Source: Chiloscyllium plagiosum
Lineage: Eukaryota
DNA length: 44,380 bases
Assembly: GCF_004010195.1 (NCBI RefSeq)
Contig: NC_057719.1
Location: 92,246,814 to 92,291,193 of the forward strand
Direction: 5' to 3'
Position 1 is the stretch's first letter. The number at the start of each line of letters is the position of its first letter. The translations under genes were made by a program, and so were the position numbers. Positions 23,384-34,802 of this stretch are shown piece by piece. The notes under the pieces were generated by a model, which saw nothing but the letters and a program-made list of their open reading frames with translations, made no database searches and was not told the DNA's origin.

Positions 23384-24470
23384 ACTGACTGGCTTGAGTA
23401 ATACAGACAATTATGTTTATTTTGTTTTTTTCTCTGTAATTTGCCCGGTTTACCTAGTTGTTGGGGGGGGGAGTCTTGATTTTTTTAACTACATGTTGGG
23501 GTCATAATTATTTCCTCTTTTTCTCTCCTCTCCTCGATTCCCATCATCCTTTGTTTCCTTGGTGGTTTTTTTTGTATTTACTTCCTTTCGTTTTTCTTTT
23601 CTGGTGTGGGATGGGGGAGGGGAGAGGTTATATTTTAGTTGTCCTACCAGGAGTGCATAGGATTACAGTATGGAGGGGACGGGTTGAGTGGCCACTTTTA
23701 ACTTTCTTGTTATAAGATGTGTGTAATTTTTTTTTCTGTGCTTTAGCTGGAAGGTGTCATCGAGGGGCTAATGGGTGGTATGAGTGCACCCTGTGGACAA
23801 GGGGGGGGGAAGTCTCCTTTCAGTTATATGTTGCTATGTTGTAGAAGTAGCTGTTAGAAGTTTTGATTTGATAGTTATGGAAGTTGGATTTTTAAATTTA
23901 TACGAACTGTTTATGGTTTTCACTCGGCGAGCTATGAGTGGGGTTCTTCCTCCTGAGGAGGGGGGTCACAGACTGTTTCGGACGATCATGTCTAGCCATT
24001 CCTGGAATGTTAAGGGAGTCACTCACCAATTAAGAGAAAGAGGTTACTGTCAAGCCTTAGATAAAAGGGAGGGTCGATGTAGCCTTGTTGCATCTAACCA
24101 ATAAGGAGCACTTGAAGTTGCAACAGGGAGGGTTCGGCCAGATGTTTTTCTCATCCTTTAATTCGAAAGGTAGAGGAGTGACTTTTCTCATCTGGGAGAA
24201 CCTCCCGTTTCAAGTGCTCGGCCAGATTAAGGATGAGTGCGGGCGATTCATAATTCATAAAGCTTTAATACATGGAGAGGAGTATGGGATTCTGAATGTA
24301 TATTGCCCCCCCGGCACACCCCCTTAAATTCTTAACGGATCCACTTTCTCAATTGATGGCCCTTGGGGAGCATCATACATTTAAAGGGGAAGACTTTAAT
24401 CGTATTATTGACCCTGGGGTGGACAGGATGCATAGGAGTCTTGCAGGTATGTCTCTGCCATCCAGGCAGT

Positions 24471-24787
24471 TTAGATTAGATTAGATTACTTTCAGTGTGG
24501 AAACAGGCCCTTCGGCCCAACAAGTCCACACCACCCCGCCGAAGCGCAACCCACCCATACCCCCACATTTACCCCTTACCTAACACTACGGGCAATTTAG
24601 CATGGCCAATTCACCTGACCTGCACATCTTTGGACTGTGGGAGGAAACCGGAGCACCCGGAGGAAACCCACGCAGACACGGGGAGAACGTGCAAACTCCA
24701 CACAGTCAGTCGCCTGAGGCGGGAATTGAACCCGGGTCTCTGACGCTGCGAGGCAGCAGTGCTAACCACTGTGCCACCGTGCCGCCC
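24471..24787 (-). mobile_element. Young full-length HE1-type SINE nested in L1 ORF2
   Basis: Nearly identical to the reverse complement of 4113-4428. Confidence 0.92.
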
Positions 24788-25767
24788 ACAGTTGGTGGAC
24801 CTGAACAGGGAGTTGGGGTTGTGGGGATTTATTCACCCCAAAGGTAGGGATTTTCTTTTTTTTTTGTCTAATCCACATAAGTGCTATACTAGAATTGACA
24901 TGTTTTTTTGTCCCATCGACCTTTTTGAGCTCAGTGCTGCCTTGCAGAATAGGGAACATAGCCGTTTCTGATCATGCGGCAGGATACGTGGAGGTCAAGG
25001 CCGGTGGTGGCAGGACGGGCTCCTGACACTGGCGCGTGGACCCTTTCCTCCTGAAAGACAGCAAGTTTATAGAGTAGTTTTTGCGAGAGTTTAAAAATCT
25101 TTTGGGATATTAATTCTGGTGCTGTGGGAGACTGCCAAGGCCTACGCACGGGGTTTGATTATTTCTTACCCTGCGATCCAGAAGCGACAGAGGGGAGAAC
25201 AACGTTTGCTCGAGGCTGGCCTGAAGGCAGCTGAGTTAGCATACTTTGACAGACTGGCTGTCACCAAATTGCAGTGTATCACAGCCCTTAGGGCTACTTT
25301 GAATGCTACACTCAACCAGACAGCAAAGAGGGAAATTTCTTTTGCAAAACGGCAGTTATTTGAGTATGGTGATAAACCAGGCAGATATCTAGCGCACTTG
25401 GCCAGAAAGAAGAAGGCCCCGCAATTTATTATATCCACCAGAGAGCATGCTGGTACTCTTGCTTGCAATGCTAAGAAAATTAACGCAGCATTTAGAAAGT
25501 TTTACTTTGAGCTGTACCAGTTGGAGGGCTGCGAGGACGGAATGATGAAGATGGAATCCTTTTTTAAGACCCTAGACCTTCCGGGTATAACCTCAGAGCA
25601 GGCATCCATTCTGAATGCCCCTCTAACAATTCAGGAAGTACAAAAGGCAGTGAGGCTGCTCCAGAGTGGTAAAGCGCCCGGGCCAGATGGATTTCAAGGT
25701 GAGTTTTATCAGGAGTTTATAGACAAGCTGGCCAGGCCACGCTTGGATATGTACACTTACTCATACA

Positions 25768-25903
25768 AGAGAAAATGAGGTCTGCAGATGCTGGAGATCA
25801 GAGATGGAAATGTGTTCCTGAAGGGCTAATGCCCGAAACGTCGATTCTCCTGTTCCCTAGATGCTGCCTGACCTGCTGCGCTTCTCCAGCAACACATTTC
25901 CAT
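25768..25903. mobile_element. Penelope-like fold-back insert, family A, in L1 ORF2
   Basis: Perfect 14-bp TSD CACTTACTCATACA 25754-25767 / 25904-25917. Confidence 0.8.
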
Positions 25904-26486
25904 CACTTACTCATACAGTCAGGACTAACTCCCATCTTCTTCGAGAGAAGCAAATATCTCTCTTATTCTTAAGAAAGCAAAAGCCCCAGAGGATTCCACT
26001 TCATACAGGCCCATATCGTCACTGAACGTGGATTTTAAAATCCTGTGGAAAATGCTGGTGTTAAGGCTGGAGAGGGTATTGGCTTTTATTGAAAAGGAGG
26101 ACCAGGTTTTATTAAGGGGCGTAGGTCTACCAACGTTATTAGAAGAGTACTAAACATGCTCCAAATATGCCAGGAAAGGTCGCTCCCAGGTTTGGTAGTC
26201 TCCCTGGATGCAGAGAAAGCATTTGATTGGGTCGAGTGGCCGTACCTCTTTCATGTCATGGAACGGTTGGGTGGCAGTGTTGTCTAGTGACCCGAAAGTA
26301 GCAGTTCCCACTAATGGTAGAAGGTCAGATGGTTTTAGAGGCTGCTATCAAGGGTGCCTTCTCTTGCCATTATTATTTACATTGGTGATCGAGCTGCTGG
26401 CGGAAGCCATCCAGACGGACCCCAATATAATTGCCCTGGAGATAGGGTAGGGCAGGCATAAAATTACCCTCTATGCGGATGATTTA

Positions 26487-26780
26487 ATTAGATTCCCTAC
26501 AGTGTAGAAACAGGCCCATCGGCCCAACCAGTCCACACCGACCCTCCAAAGAGTAACCCACCCAGACCCATTTCCTTCTGACTAATGCACCTAACACTAC
26601 GGGCAATTTAGCACGGCCATTTCACCGAACCTGCACATCTTTGGACTGTGGGAGGAAACCCACACAGACACGGGGATAATGTGCAAACTCCACACAGACA
26701 GTTGCCCAAGGTGGGAATCGAACCCGGATCCCTGGTGCTGTGAGGCAGTAGTGCTAACCACTGAGCCACCGTGCTGCCCC
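26487..26780 (-). mobile_element. HE1-type SINE inserted just after the L1 RT YADD codons
   Basis: Homologous to 4113-4428. Confidence 0.9.
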
Positions 26781-27159
26781 TCTTCTTAACCAATCCAATG
26801 ACATCCATACCCCGCTTATTACAAATGATTAATCTGTTTGGTTTGTTTTCAGAATTTAAAATTAATTTCATGAAATCGGAGGCCATGCCTGGGAGGGGGG
26901 GCCTTACTAGTATATCCAATTTTGGGGATGGAAACCATTTCCCCTTTCGGTGGTCACGGGGAGGTTTTCTGTATTTGGGTGTTTTTATCACCCCGATCTT
27001 TGATCAACTATACAATGCCAACAATGGGCAGTTGCTACAGAAGATAAGGCAGGACCTTTGGTACTGGGAAGATCTTCCGAAATCTTGGTTAGGCAGAATA
27101 GCTGTGGTCAAGATGAATGTTCTTCCTCACTTATTGTATTCCATGCGAATTCTCCCTTT

Positions 27160-28329
27160 GATGAAGGGTAATAGAGAAATCCCCGGCAATTACAGACCAG
27201 TCAGTCTTACGTCTGTGGTCAGCAAAGGTTTGGAAAGAATTCAGAAGGATAGGATTTATGACTATTTGACAAAGCAGAGTGTGATTAAAGGCAGTCAGCA
27301 TGGCTTTGAGAGGGGCAGGTCACGCCTCACAAATCTTATTGAATTCTTTGAGGAGGTGTCAAGACAGGTCGACGACGGTCAAGCAGTGGATGTAGTGCAT
27401 ATGGATTTCAGCAAGGCATTTGATAGGGTTCCCCATGGTAGGCTCATTCATAAAGTCAGGAAGTATGGGATACAGGGAGATTTGGCTATCTGGATTCAGA
27501 ATTGGCTGGCTGACAGAAGNNNNNNNNNNNNNNNNNNNNNNNNNNNNNNNNNNNNNNNNNNNNNNNNNNNNNNNTGAATATAGAATTAAAGACAGGATTC
27601 TTGGCAGTGTGGAGGAACAGAGGGATCTGGGTGTGCAAGTACATAGATTCCTCAAAGTTGCCACCCCAGTGGATAGGGTTGTTAAGAAAGCATATGGTGT
27701 TTTGGCTTTCATTAACAGGGGGATCGAGTTTAAGAGCCGTGAGGTTTTGCTGCAGCTCTACAAGCCCCTAGTGAGGCCACACTTAGAATATTGTGTCCAG
27801 TTCTGGTCGCCCTACTATAGGAAAGATACAGAGGCTTTGGAGAGGGTGCAAAGAAGGTTTACCAGGATACTGCCTGGACTGGAGGGCTTGCCTTATTAAG
27901 AGAGGTTGAATAGGCTCGGACTTTTCTCTCTGGAGAGAAGGAGGAAGAGAGGAGACCTGACCGAGGTGTACAAAATAATGAGTGGGAAAGGTAAAGTCAA
28001 TAGCCAGAGACTTTTCCCCAGGGCAGGATTGACTGGTGCAAGAAGTCATAGTTTGAAGATATTAGGAGGAAGGTATAAAGGAGACATAGAGGTAGGTTTT
28101 TTACACAAAGAGTTGTGAATGCGTGGAATGCCTTGCTAGCGGTGGTGGTGGAAGCAGAGTCATTGGGGACATTTAAGTGACTGTTAGATATGCACATAAA
28201 TAGCAGTGAGTTGAGGGGTGCGTAGGTTGTTACTATATTTTACATTAGGATTAAATCTCGGCACAACATCGTGGGCCAAAGGGCCTGTTCTGTGCTGTAC
28301 TTTTCTATGTTCTAGGTTCTATGTTCTAT
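27160..28329 (+). mobile_element. CR1 RT/3' end nested in L1 copy 1 (contains N gap)
   Basis: NYRPVSLTSVV, QHGF, DFSKAFDRVPH, RPHLEYCVQFWSP, TTCTATG-type tail. Confidence 0.92.
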
Positions 28330-29331
28330 TCCCATAATGGAATGTTAGGATTCCAGCCGGGGTTGATAGACTCTGGCTTTAAGTTCTGGGAGTCCAGAGG
28401 AATCTCCTGTTTGGGAGATCTATTTGATGGGGAGGTCATGATGTCCTTCAAGCAGCTGAGTCAGAAGTTCGAGCTACCTTGGAGAGACCTCTTTCATTAC
28501 TTCCAGGTTAGAGATTTCATACAAAAAAAGACTACATTGATGGTTAGCCTCTACAACTTGGACATGGACAGGAGAGTGCTCTGGTCTACGAAGCCCTCTC
28601 GGTTAGCACTCTCTATCACTTGTTAGGAAATAATGTTTCGAAGGACACTGAGCGGCTATGCAGAACCTAGACTCAAGAATTGGGGGTGGAAATCTCATCA
28701 GAGATGTGGGAGGATATCTGGGAAAATATTTGGAAGATTTCGATTTGCAATAGGACTCAGGCATTTCAACTGAAGGTACGCCACAGGGCTCACTTGGCAC
28801 CGGAACGGCTTGTGAAATTCAAGACAGGAGTGTCCCCAATGTGCCCAAGTTTAAAATGGAGGTCGGTCCTCTTACTCATCACTTATAGTCATGCCCCAAG
28901 CTTCGCAGGCATTGGGATGCCATAACGAGTGTTTTGGAAGAGGTTTTGGGAACTGAGGTTAAGTTGGATCCAGTGTCCCTCCTCCTGGGTCTTCCAAATG
29001 CTCCTTCTTTGGATGTGCATGGGAAGAAATTGTTTAATATTCTTTCATTCTGTATGAGGAAGAACATTCTAATGAGCTGGGTGTCAGAGAATTCCCCGGG
29101 ACCTTCGAGCTGGCGTAGGTTAGTCATGGAACACATCCCCCTGGACTTACGAGTATGGTGCACCAGAAAAGGGAATTGTTTTATAGAACATGATGGCCCT
29201 TTCTGAATTATACTGATGCAGACTTGTCAGCTATACTGTTCAGGGCTTTTGTGTAGCCGTGAGGGTTGTGTCTGGCAGTCTGGGGGGCCATGGGGGAAGA
29301 ATTCTGAACAAATATGGGTTTACTTACTAAT

Positions 29332-29903
29332 GAATCATAGAGATGTACAGCATGGAAACAGACCCTTCGGTCCAACCCGTCTATGCCGACCAGATATCCC
29401 AACCCAATCTAGTCCCACCTGCCAGCACCCGGCCCATATCCCTCCAAACCCTTCCTATTCATATACCCATCCAGATGCCTCTTAAATGTTGCAATTGTAC
29501 CAGCCTCCACCACATTCTCTGGCAGCTCATTCCATACCCATACCACCCTCTGTGTGAAAACGTTGCCCCTTAGGTCTCTTTTATATCCTTCCCTTCTCAC
29601 CCTAAACCTATGCCCTCTAAATTGCATGCAATATTCCAACAGTGGCCTAACCAATGTCCTGTACAGCCGCAACATGACATCCCAACTCCTGTACCCAATA
29701 CTCTGACCAATAAAGGAAAGCATACCAAACGCCTTCTTCACTATCCTATCTACCGGCGACTCCACTTTCAAGGAGCTATGAACCTGCACTCCAAGGTCTC
29801 TTTGTTCAGCAACACTCCCTAGGACCTTACCATTAAGTGTATAAGTCCTGCTAAGATTTGCTTTCCTAAAATGCAGCACCTCGCATTTATCTGAATTAAA
29901 CTC
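29332..29903 (-). mobile_element. CR1 (HER1-like) 3' end with internal deletion, nested in L1 3' UTR
   Basis: EQRDLGVQVHSSLK...LVRPLLEYCMQF joined directly to RGHRFRVR... Confidence 0.9.
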
Positions 29904-30372
29904 AATGCTCCCGTTGGTGAGGCGATTGCGCTGAGTATAGTAATTTAATTGAATATAATTTAAGTTACCTTGCTATAACTTGTTTTAATTTTATTTTGTT
30001 TGTTTATTTATTTTTCTTCTTCGTTTCCCTTGGTTATTTATTGGATTGTAGTTTTTGTAGAGTTTTTTTTGCTTTTCTTTCGTGTTTCAATAGTTTGTGA
30101 AGTTTAGTAGTAATTTGTTTCTTATTATTGTTTTCATATTATAAAGTTGTTACACTATTTTGTACTGGTTTTGTAATTTTGTAAAAACTTAAATTTATAA
30201 GAATATTTATAAAAAAGATCCTGTACTTAAGGATGGCTACTTTATACTGTCCTGCAATATGTTCCAACTTGCTAATGGAATCTCAAAAATGGATCCCAGT
30301 TGCAACCTAGGGATTGCCTCTAGTCCTATTTTGTAGCTTCACCAGGTTGACACCTTTATTTTAAAAAAAATG

Positions 30373-30550
30373 ACACCAGGTTATAGTCCAACAGGTTTAT
30401 TTGGAAGTACAAGCTTTTGGGGTACTGCTCCTTCATCACATAGCTAATGGAGTTGGATCCTGTATAGTAGGATCCTATCCTATTTATCCTATAAACATGT
30501 GATTTTTAACTTTGGCCACCCTAATCCAACACTGGCATCTCCACATCATG
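30373..30550. mobile_element. Family B decayed fold-back copy
   Basis: ACACCAGGTTATAGTCCAACAGGTTT arm and inverted TGTGATTTTTAACTTT...CCAACACTGGCATCT arm. Confidence 0.7.
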
Positions 30551-30999
30551 ACCTTATTTTTCAGCTTTCCTAGTGTTTCCTCCATTCTTCGCTTCATTCA
30601 ACTGGAGTTGATCTTCTGGCTAATGGTAAAGTGGGGATATAGTAGACGTCAAGGTTGTAGATTGTGACTGAATAAAATTCTGCTTTACAAATGCCCGTTG
30701 CTGATTAATGGACCAATTGCACAAAAAAAAACATTTTCAGTGAATCCACAAAACAACTGAGAACTTTGTTTTGGGTAAACAAATCAACACATCACATATG
30801 AAAAAAGAAACATTCCACATTACTTTACCTAGCTGTGAAGTTTGTATCAATGAAGTCGTTACACATCAACATCTAATGGAAAAGGGCAAACCCTACCCAG
30901 TTCTGAAGAAGGGAACTGAAAGGTTAAGGAGACAGAAAGGACTGCAGATGTTGGAAACCAGAGTCAATAAATGACTCTGACGATTTATGATTCAATCCA

Positions 31000-31423
31000 C
31001 CAGCTGGTGAAGATTTCAAGTAGCTCAGGTTGTCAGTTTTGAGATTTGTTGTGAGAAAGATTTATACCTCTCTATATTGAGGAAGTCCATCAGTGTGTTG
31101 CTGAGCTCCAACCACTTTGCTCTTGCTCCCACAACAAACTTTGAGGCCTCATAATAATTATTTTGTTTGTGGTTAAGACGTTGGTAATTCTGACATTTTT
31201 CTAACCACACCTTCTTGAGCACCTTGTTGTCACCCTCATGGTGATATCAACAACTACTGTATTATCTTCCCTGTATATTATGTCCGGCTTCCAAAAAGAA
31301 CCGTCAGGGCCCATCAATCTCTGTTCTTGGTATTGATGTCCAACCGTCAAAGATCTTGTTACAGCGTGTGATTCTCGCCTTCTTTACTAATGGACAGCAT
31401 GCAGAAATACGCGTGAGGGTTTC
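31000..31423 (-). mobile_element. Decayed C-terminal fragment of an R2-type non-LTR retrotransposon (zinc-knuckle end + restriction-like endonuclease)
   Basis: Across two frameshifts: ETLTRISACCPLVKKARITRCNKI / YQEQRLMGPDGSFWKPDIIYREDNTVVVDITMR / EGDNKVLKKVWLEKCQNY...FVVGARAKW; order fits R2 motifs ETxxHIxxxC, RHN, KPD..VVDVT, EKxxKY, GARGKW. Confidence 0.8.
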
Positions 31424-31509
31424 GTGTTAATTCAGCTTGTCTCCACCGATGCTGCCAGATCTGCTGAGTTTTTCCACCAATTTCAGTTTTTGCTTCTAAC
31501 CCGGTATGC

Positions 31510-31900
31510 TCATAGAGTCGTAGAGATGTACAACATGGAAACGGACCCTTCAGTCCAACCCGTCCATGCCAAACAGATATCCCAACCCAATCTAGTCCCA
31601 TCTGCCAGCACCCGGGCCATATCCCTCCAAACCCTTCCTATTCATATACCCATCCAGATGTCTCTTAAATGTTGCAATTGTACCAGCCTCCACCACATCC
31701 TCTGGCAGCTCATTCCATACACATACCACCCTCTGCGTGAAAAAGTTGCCCCTTAGGTCTCTTTTATATCTTTCCCCTNNNNNNNNAACATCCTTGTAAA
31801 TCTTTTCTGAACCCTTTCAAGTTTCACAACATCTTTCCGATAGGAAGGAGACCAGAATTGCACACAATATTCCAACAGTGGCCTAACCAATGTCTTGTAC
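31510..31900 (-). mobile_element. CR1 (HER1-like) 3' end (contains N gap)
   Basis: Highly similar to 945-1480 and 29332-29600. Confidence 0.9.
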
Positions 31901-32219
31901 ATACTTTCTGCATTTTAAAACAAAAGCACTAGTCTTGCTATTAAGTACAGAATTATTGACTGGCAACTTTCTGCAAGAGTTGAGTCGGACAGTCATATTC
32001 CTGATTCTGATGTGCAGTCCTCACTTTCTCCTTCAGAGTCATATTAAACCAGTGCTGTTGAGTCAATCTCACTCACACACACACATAATGACTTATCCTC
32101 TTCCTTTCCAAATCATCTCAGACATGCATGAACACCATGAGTGAGTCCCAGATATTACCCACAAGGTTTACCCTTAGACTTTCCACTACCAACACTAGAG
32201 TCCCAGAGGGAGGGAAGGA

Positions 32220-33000
32220 GGAAAGGGGGCGGGGCCTTCTGGCCAAGGGGGGCGGGGCCTTCTCACCAAGGTGGGGCGGGGCCTTTTGACCAAGGGGGCC
32301 CAGCCCCTCCCTCCCGCGGCCATCTTTGTGAGGGGAACCCGCAAACGCTACCGTGGCTCAGGAGAGACATTTACCTTTCCCCCGGGGCGCTTTCTCGCCG
32401 CCGCACCGAGTTTGACGCGGAATCCGTCACCGTTGGCCAGCCGGCGCCTGGAGTCGTGCCGTTGGGCGGAAGCGAGTGCCCTTCCCCCCCACCTCTCCCC
32501 GCAGCCGCTGGCGGTCTCCATGTTTGTGAGGGGCAACCGTGGCTCCACGAGCGTCAATTTAACACCCGGCGTGAGACAGAGAGAGAGAGAGAGAGACAGT
32601 GTGTGGGGAAAGAGGAAGACCTTGTTCTTTTTTTTTGTTTGATTCACAGCGGCACCGCTCGGCGAAGAGGAGGGGGAGGGGGAGGGGAGAGGGTGTATTG
32701 TCGTCGGTGCAGCCGTTGGCGGTTGATCTTTGACCCGGATGTGACGGTGGCGCCGGAAGTCAGCGGTGCTGGGTGAATGGGCCGAGCGGCCGGTGGGGCC
32801 GGGGCCGGGGACTGGGATCTGTCTGTGTCTGTGTGACCGTGTCGGTGCGGGGCCCAGTCAACATGGAGCTCGGCTCTTCAAGGAGTTGAACAATTGAAAA
32901 CAACAACAAGAAAAGGGGACGGTTCCAGGCGGCGGCGGAGGGCCCTTCGTTAGCGACCGATCGGCCCCTCTCTCCCCTCCCCTCCATATACCTCACACTC
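32220..33000. promoter_or_regulatory. CpG-island promoter of SLC39A9 (possibly bidirectional)
   Basis: GC- and CpG-rich non-repeat stretch in a CpG-depleted background. Three GGGGCGGGG GC boxes (32223-32282), YY1-like GCCATCTT near 32319, ETS-type CCGGAAGT 32753-32760 and CCGGATGT 32735-32742. Confidence 0.85.
32574..32596. repeat. (GA)n microsatellite within CpG island
   Basis: Seen directly. Confidence 0.9.
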
Positions 33001-33056
33001 CTCCTACCTCCCCCCCACCCCCCCGTTACCCCTGACTCCCTCCCCCTCTCCCGTCA

Positions 33057-33421
33057 NNNNNNNNNNNNNNNNNNNNNNNNNNNNNNNNNNNNNNNNNNNN
33101 NNNNNNNNNNNNNNNNNNNNNNNNNNNNNNNNNNNNNNNNNNNNNNNNNNNNNNNNNNNNNNNNNNNNNNNNNNNNNNNNNNNNNNNNNNNNNNNNNNNN
33201 NNNNNNNNNNNNNNNNNNNNNNNNNNNNNNNNNNNNNNNNNNNNNNNNNNNNNNNNNNNNNNNNNNNNNNNNNNNNNNNNNNNNNNNNNNNNNNNNNNNN
33301 NNNNNNNNNNNNNNNNNNNNNNNNNNNNNNNNNNNNNNNNNNNNNNNNNNNNNNNNNNNNNNNNNNNNNNNNNNNNNNNNNNNNNNNNNNNNNNNNNNNN
33401 NNNNNNNNNNNNNNNNNNNNN
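33057..33421. other. Assembly gap between promoter and first coding exon
   Basis: 365 N flanked by C/T-rich low-complexity sequence. Confidence 1.
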
Positions 33422-33526
33422 ACTCTCTCCTTCCACCACTTAGCCTGTATTTCACTGCTGCACTCCCCTTTCTCCCCCAATCTCTCTCTGTGTAGCGTAC
33501 TCCCCACCCCCTTTCCCCAGGGCAGG

Positions 33527-33622
33527 ATGGATGACCTCAGCACCATCAGCCTTCTCTCCTTGGCCATGCTAATCGGCTGTTACGTGGCAGGCACTATCCC
33601 CTTGGCATTCAACTTCTCTGAG
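33527..33622 (+). CDS. SLC39A9: Zinc transporter ZIP9, first coding exon (32 codons); exon 2 not found in window
   Basis: Translates [32 protein letters not shown], matching the vertebrate ZIP9 N-terminus as I recall it ([32 protein letters not shown]). Strong Kozak AGGATGG, phase-0 donor GAG|GTAAGC at 33623, downstream of a CpG island. Too short for the ORF track. Confidence 0.96.
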
Positions 33623-34802
33623 GTAAGCAGAGGGCCTGGCTGTCTTCTCACTCCATGAACCATTCACTGCCGTTTAACTCTCTCTTCTCTCTCCACTGCT
33701 TTTTCAAGGCTGCTTCACTGTCCTATTTCTTTGTGAAAATGTTTGATTTTATAAAATCAATCTGGTTAATTACCTCCTAGTTTAGGAAATATTATCTACC
33801 CGGTTTCAGTATAACGTGTAATTAGCAAAGGTTTTGTTCCTTTTTCAAACTGGTATGTTGTGACAGTTCTGCCTTTACCTATAACTCTTCTGCAACTAAG
33901 ACTGGGCGGGCCACGTAAAGAGTTTACTGGATTATAACAGTGGTGCTAGAAACCTGGTTGGAAGCACTGTTAAATTCTAAGGAACTGTGGCCGAAGGAAT
34001 CCACAAGCAAAAAAGCATTGTTTGCTTTTTGATTTGAAACCAGTTTTGAGCTTGCAGTTAAGTAGATTTAATCTTTGTCCGACTGACTCAAAATGCACTC
34101 AGTCCCTTACAATATAGTGAAACGCCTCCACATGTTTGTATGATGGTATGTGTACATGTGCCAGTGGCCTTTGAATCTTTATATTTGCGACCGTGGGCTA
34201 AAGTGGCACCGGAAATTAGGAACCTGGATGTTCGTATTTGAATGCTGTTCAGTTACATTTACCGTTTGTCCAAATCGAACTTCTGCTTGGCTTCCCTTTT
34301 TGTCTTGGTGCTGCACTTTGTTGAAGTATCATACTTAATTATTGGTATAGACGTGTGCATGTTTGCATTGTCCTGAACTGCTAAACCAGTGAGATGTGCT
34401 TCAAAGTGTGGGTATTGATACTTGGCTTGTAATGCCTTGTACAGTCAAATAGTGTGCTGGCTTCAGTGCTCAACTGTTTGGATATAGTTCCAGCACTTGT
34501 GTCCTACTGACAGTTTTACTCACTGGAAGTGAGGTGGCAGCATTTTCTTAAAACAGTATGTTATTTAAAATAACAAAGGAGAAACCTGCTCAGTTTTTAG
34601 AGCTTCTAATGGAATTGTGGGGCCACAATCATTTTTTATAGATATTTTTATTGAAAAGGAAGAGTTTTAAGATTTTTGACAAAATTACAAAAATAATACA
34701 AACTAGTGTATTCCACTTTACAATATAATAACAACACCAATATAAAATTACAAAAAAATCTAACTACTAATCTATTGTGCAAACTACCAAAGCATAAAAT
34801 AG

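Larger units (their letters stand above)
23988..29256 (+). pseudogene. L1 ORF2 remnant (APE endonuclease, RT, C-terminal Cys domain; copy 1)
   Basis: SWNVKG, ILNVY, LWETAKAYARG, KAPGPDGF, QGCLL.PLLF, TATGCGGATGAT (YADD) at ~26471, LGRIAVVKMNVLP; disrupted and interrupted by other elements. Confidence 0.9.
22460..30213 (+). mobile_element. Near full-length decayed L1-clade LINE (copy 1) with five nested insertions
   Basis: G-run 5' end, ORF1 and ORF2 remnants, T-rich 3' UTR, A tail; TSD AAAGATCCTGT(C/A)CTT at 22445-22459 and 30214-30228 following TTTT (L1-type target). Confidence 0.92.
22363..30322. mobile_element. Decayed Tigger-like MITE split by L1 copy 1 (arms ~22363-22459 and ~30214-30322)
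   Basis: Degenerate termini TATAGGGGTCCTCT / TAGGGATTGCCTCTA; halves joined by the L1 TSD. Confidence 0.45.

Noticed and set aside
26771..27577. 268-aa ORF as a novel RT fusion gene
   Set aside because: Chance in-frame join of decayed L1 ORF2 with a nested CR1 fragment; starts in a SINE end and runs into an N gap.
1..32220. ERH exons expected from human head-to-head synteny
   Set aside because: No segment encoding SHTILLVQPTKRPEGRTYADY or later ERH peptides found by eye; the ATG|GTGAGT on the minus strand near 17305 has no CpG island or matching exon 2.
32141..32776. 211-aa ORF and overlapping ORFs in the CpG island
   Set aside because: GTG start, low-complexity G/R/P composition, runs through a (GA)n tract; expected by chance in GC-rich DNA.
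33004..33567. ORFs spanning the N gap
   Set aside because: Artefacts of translating Ns.
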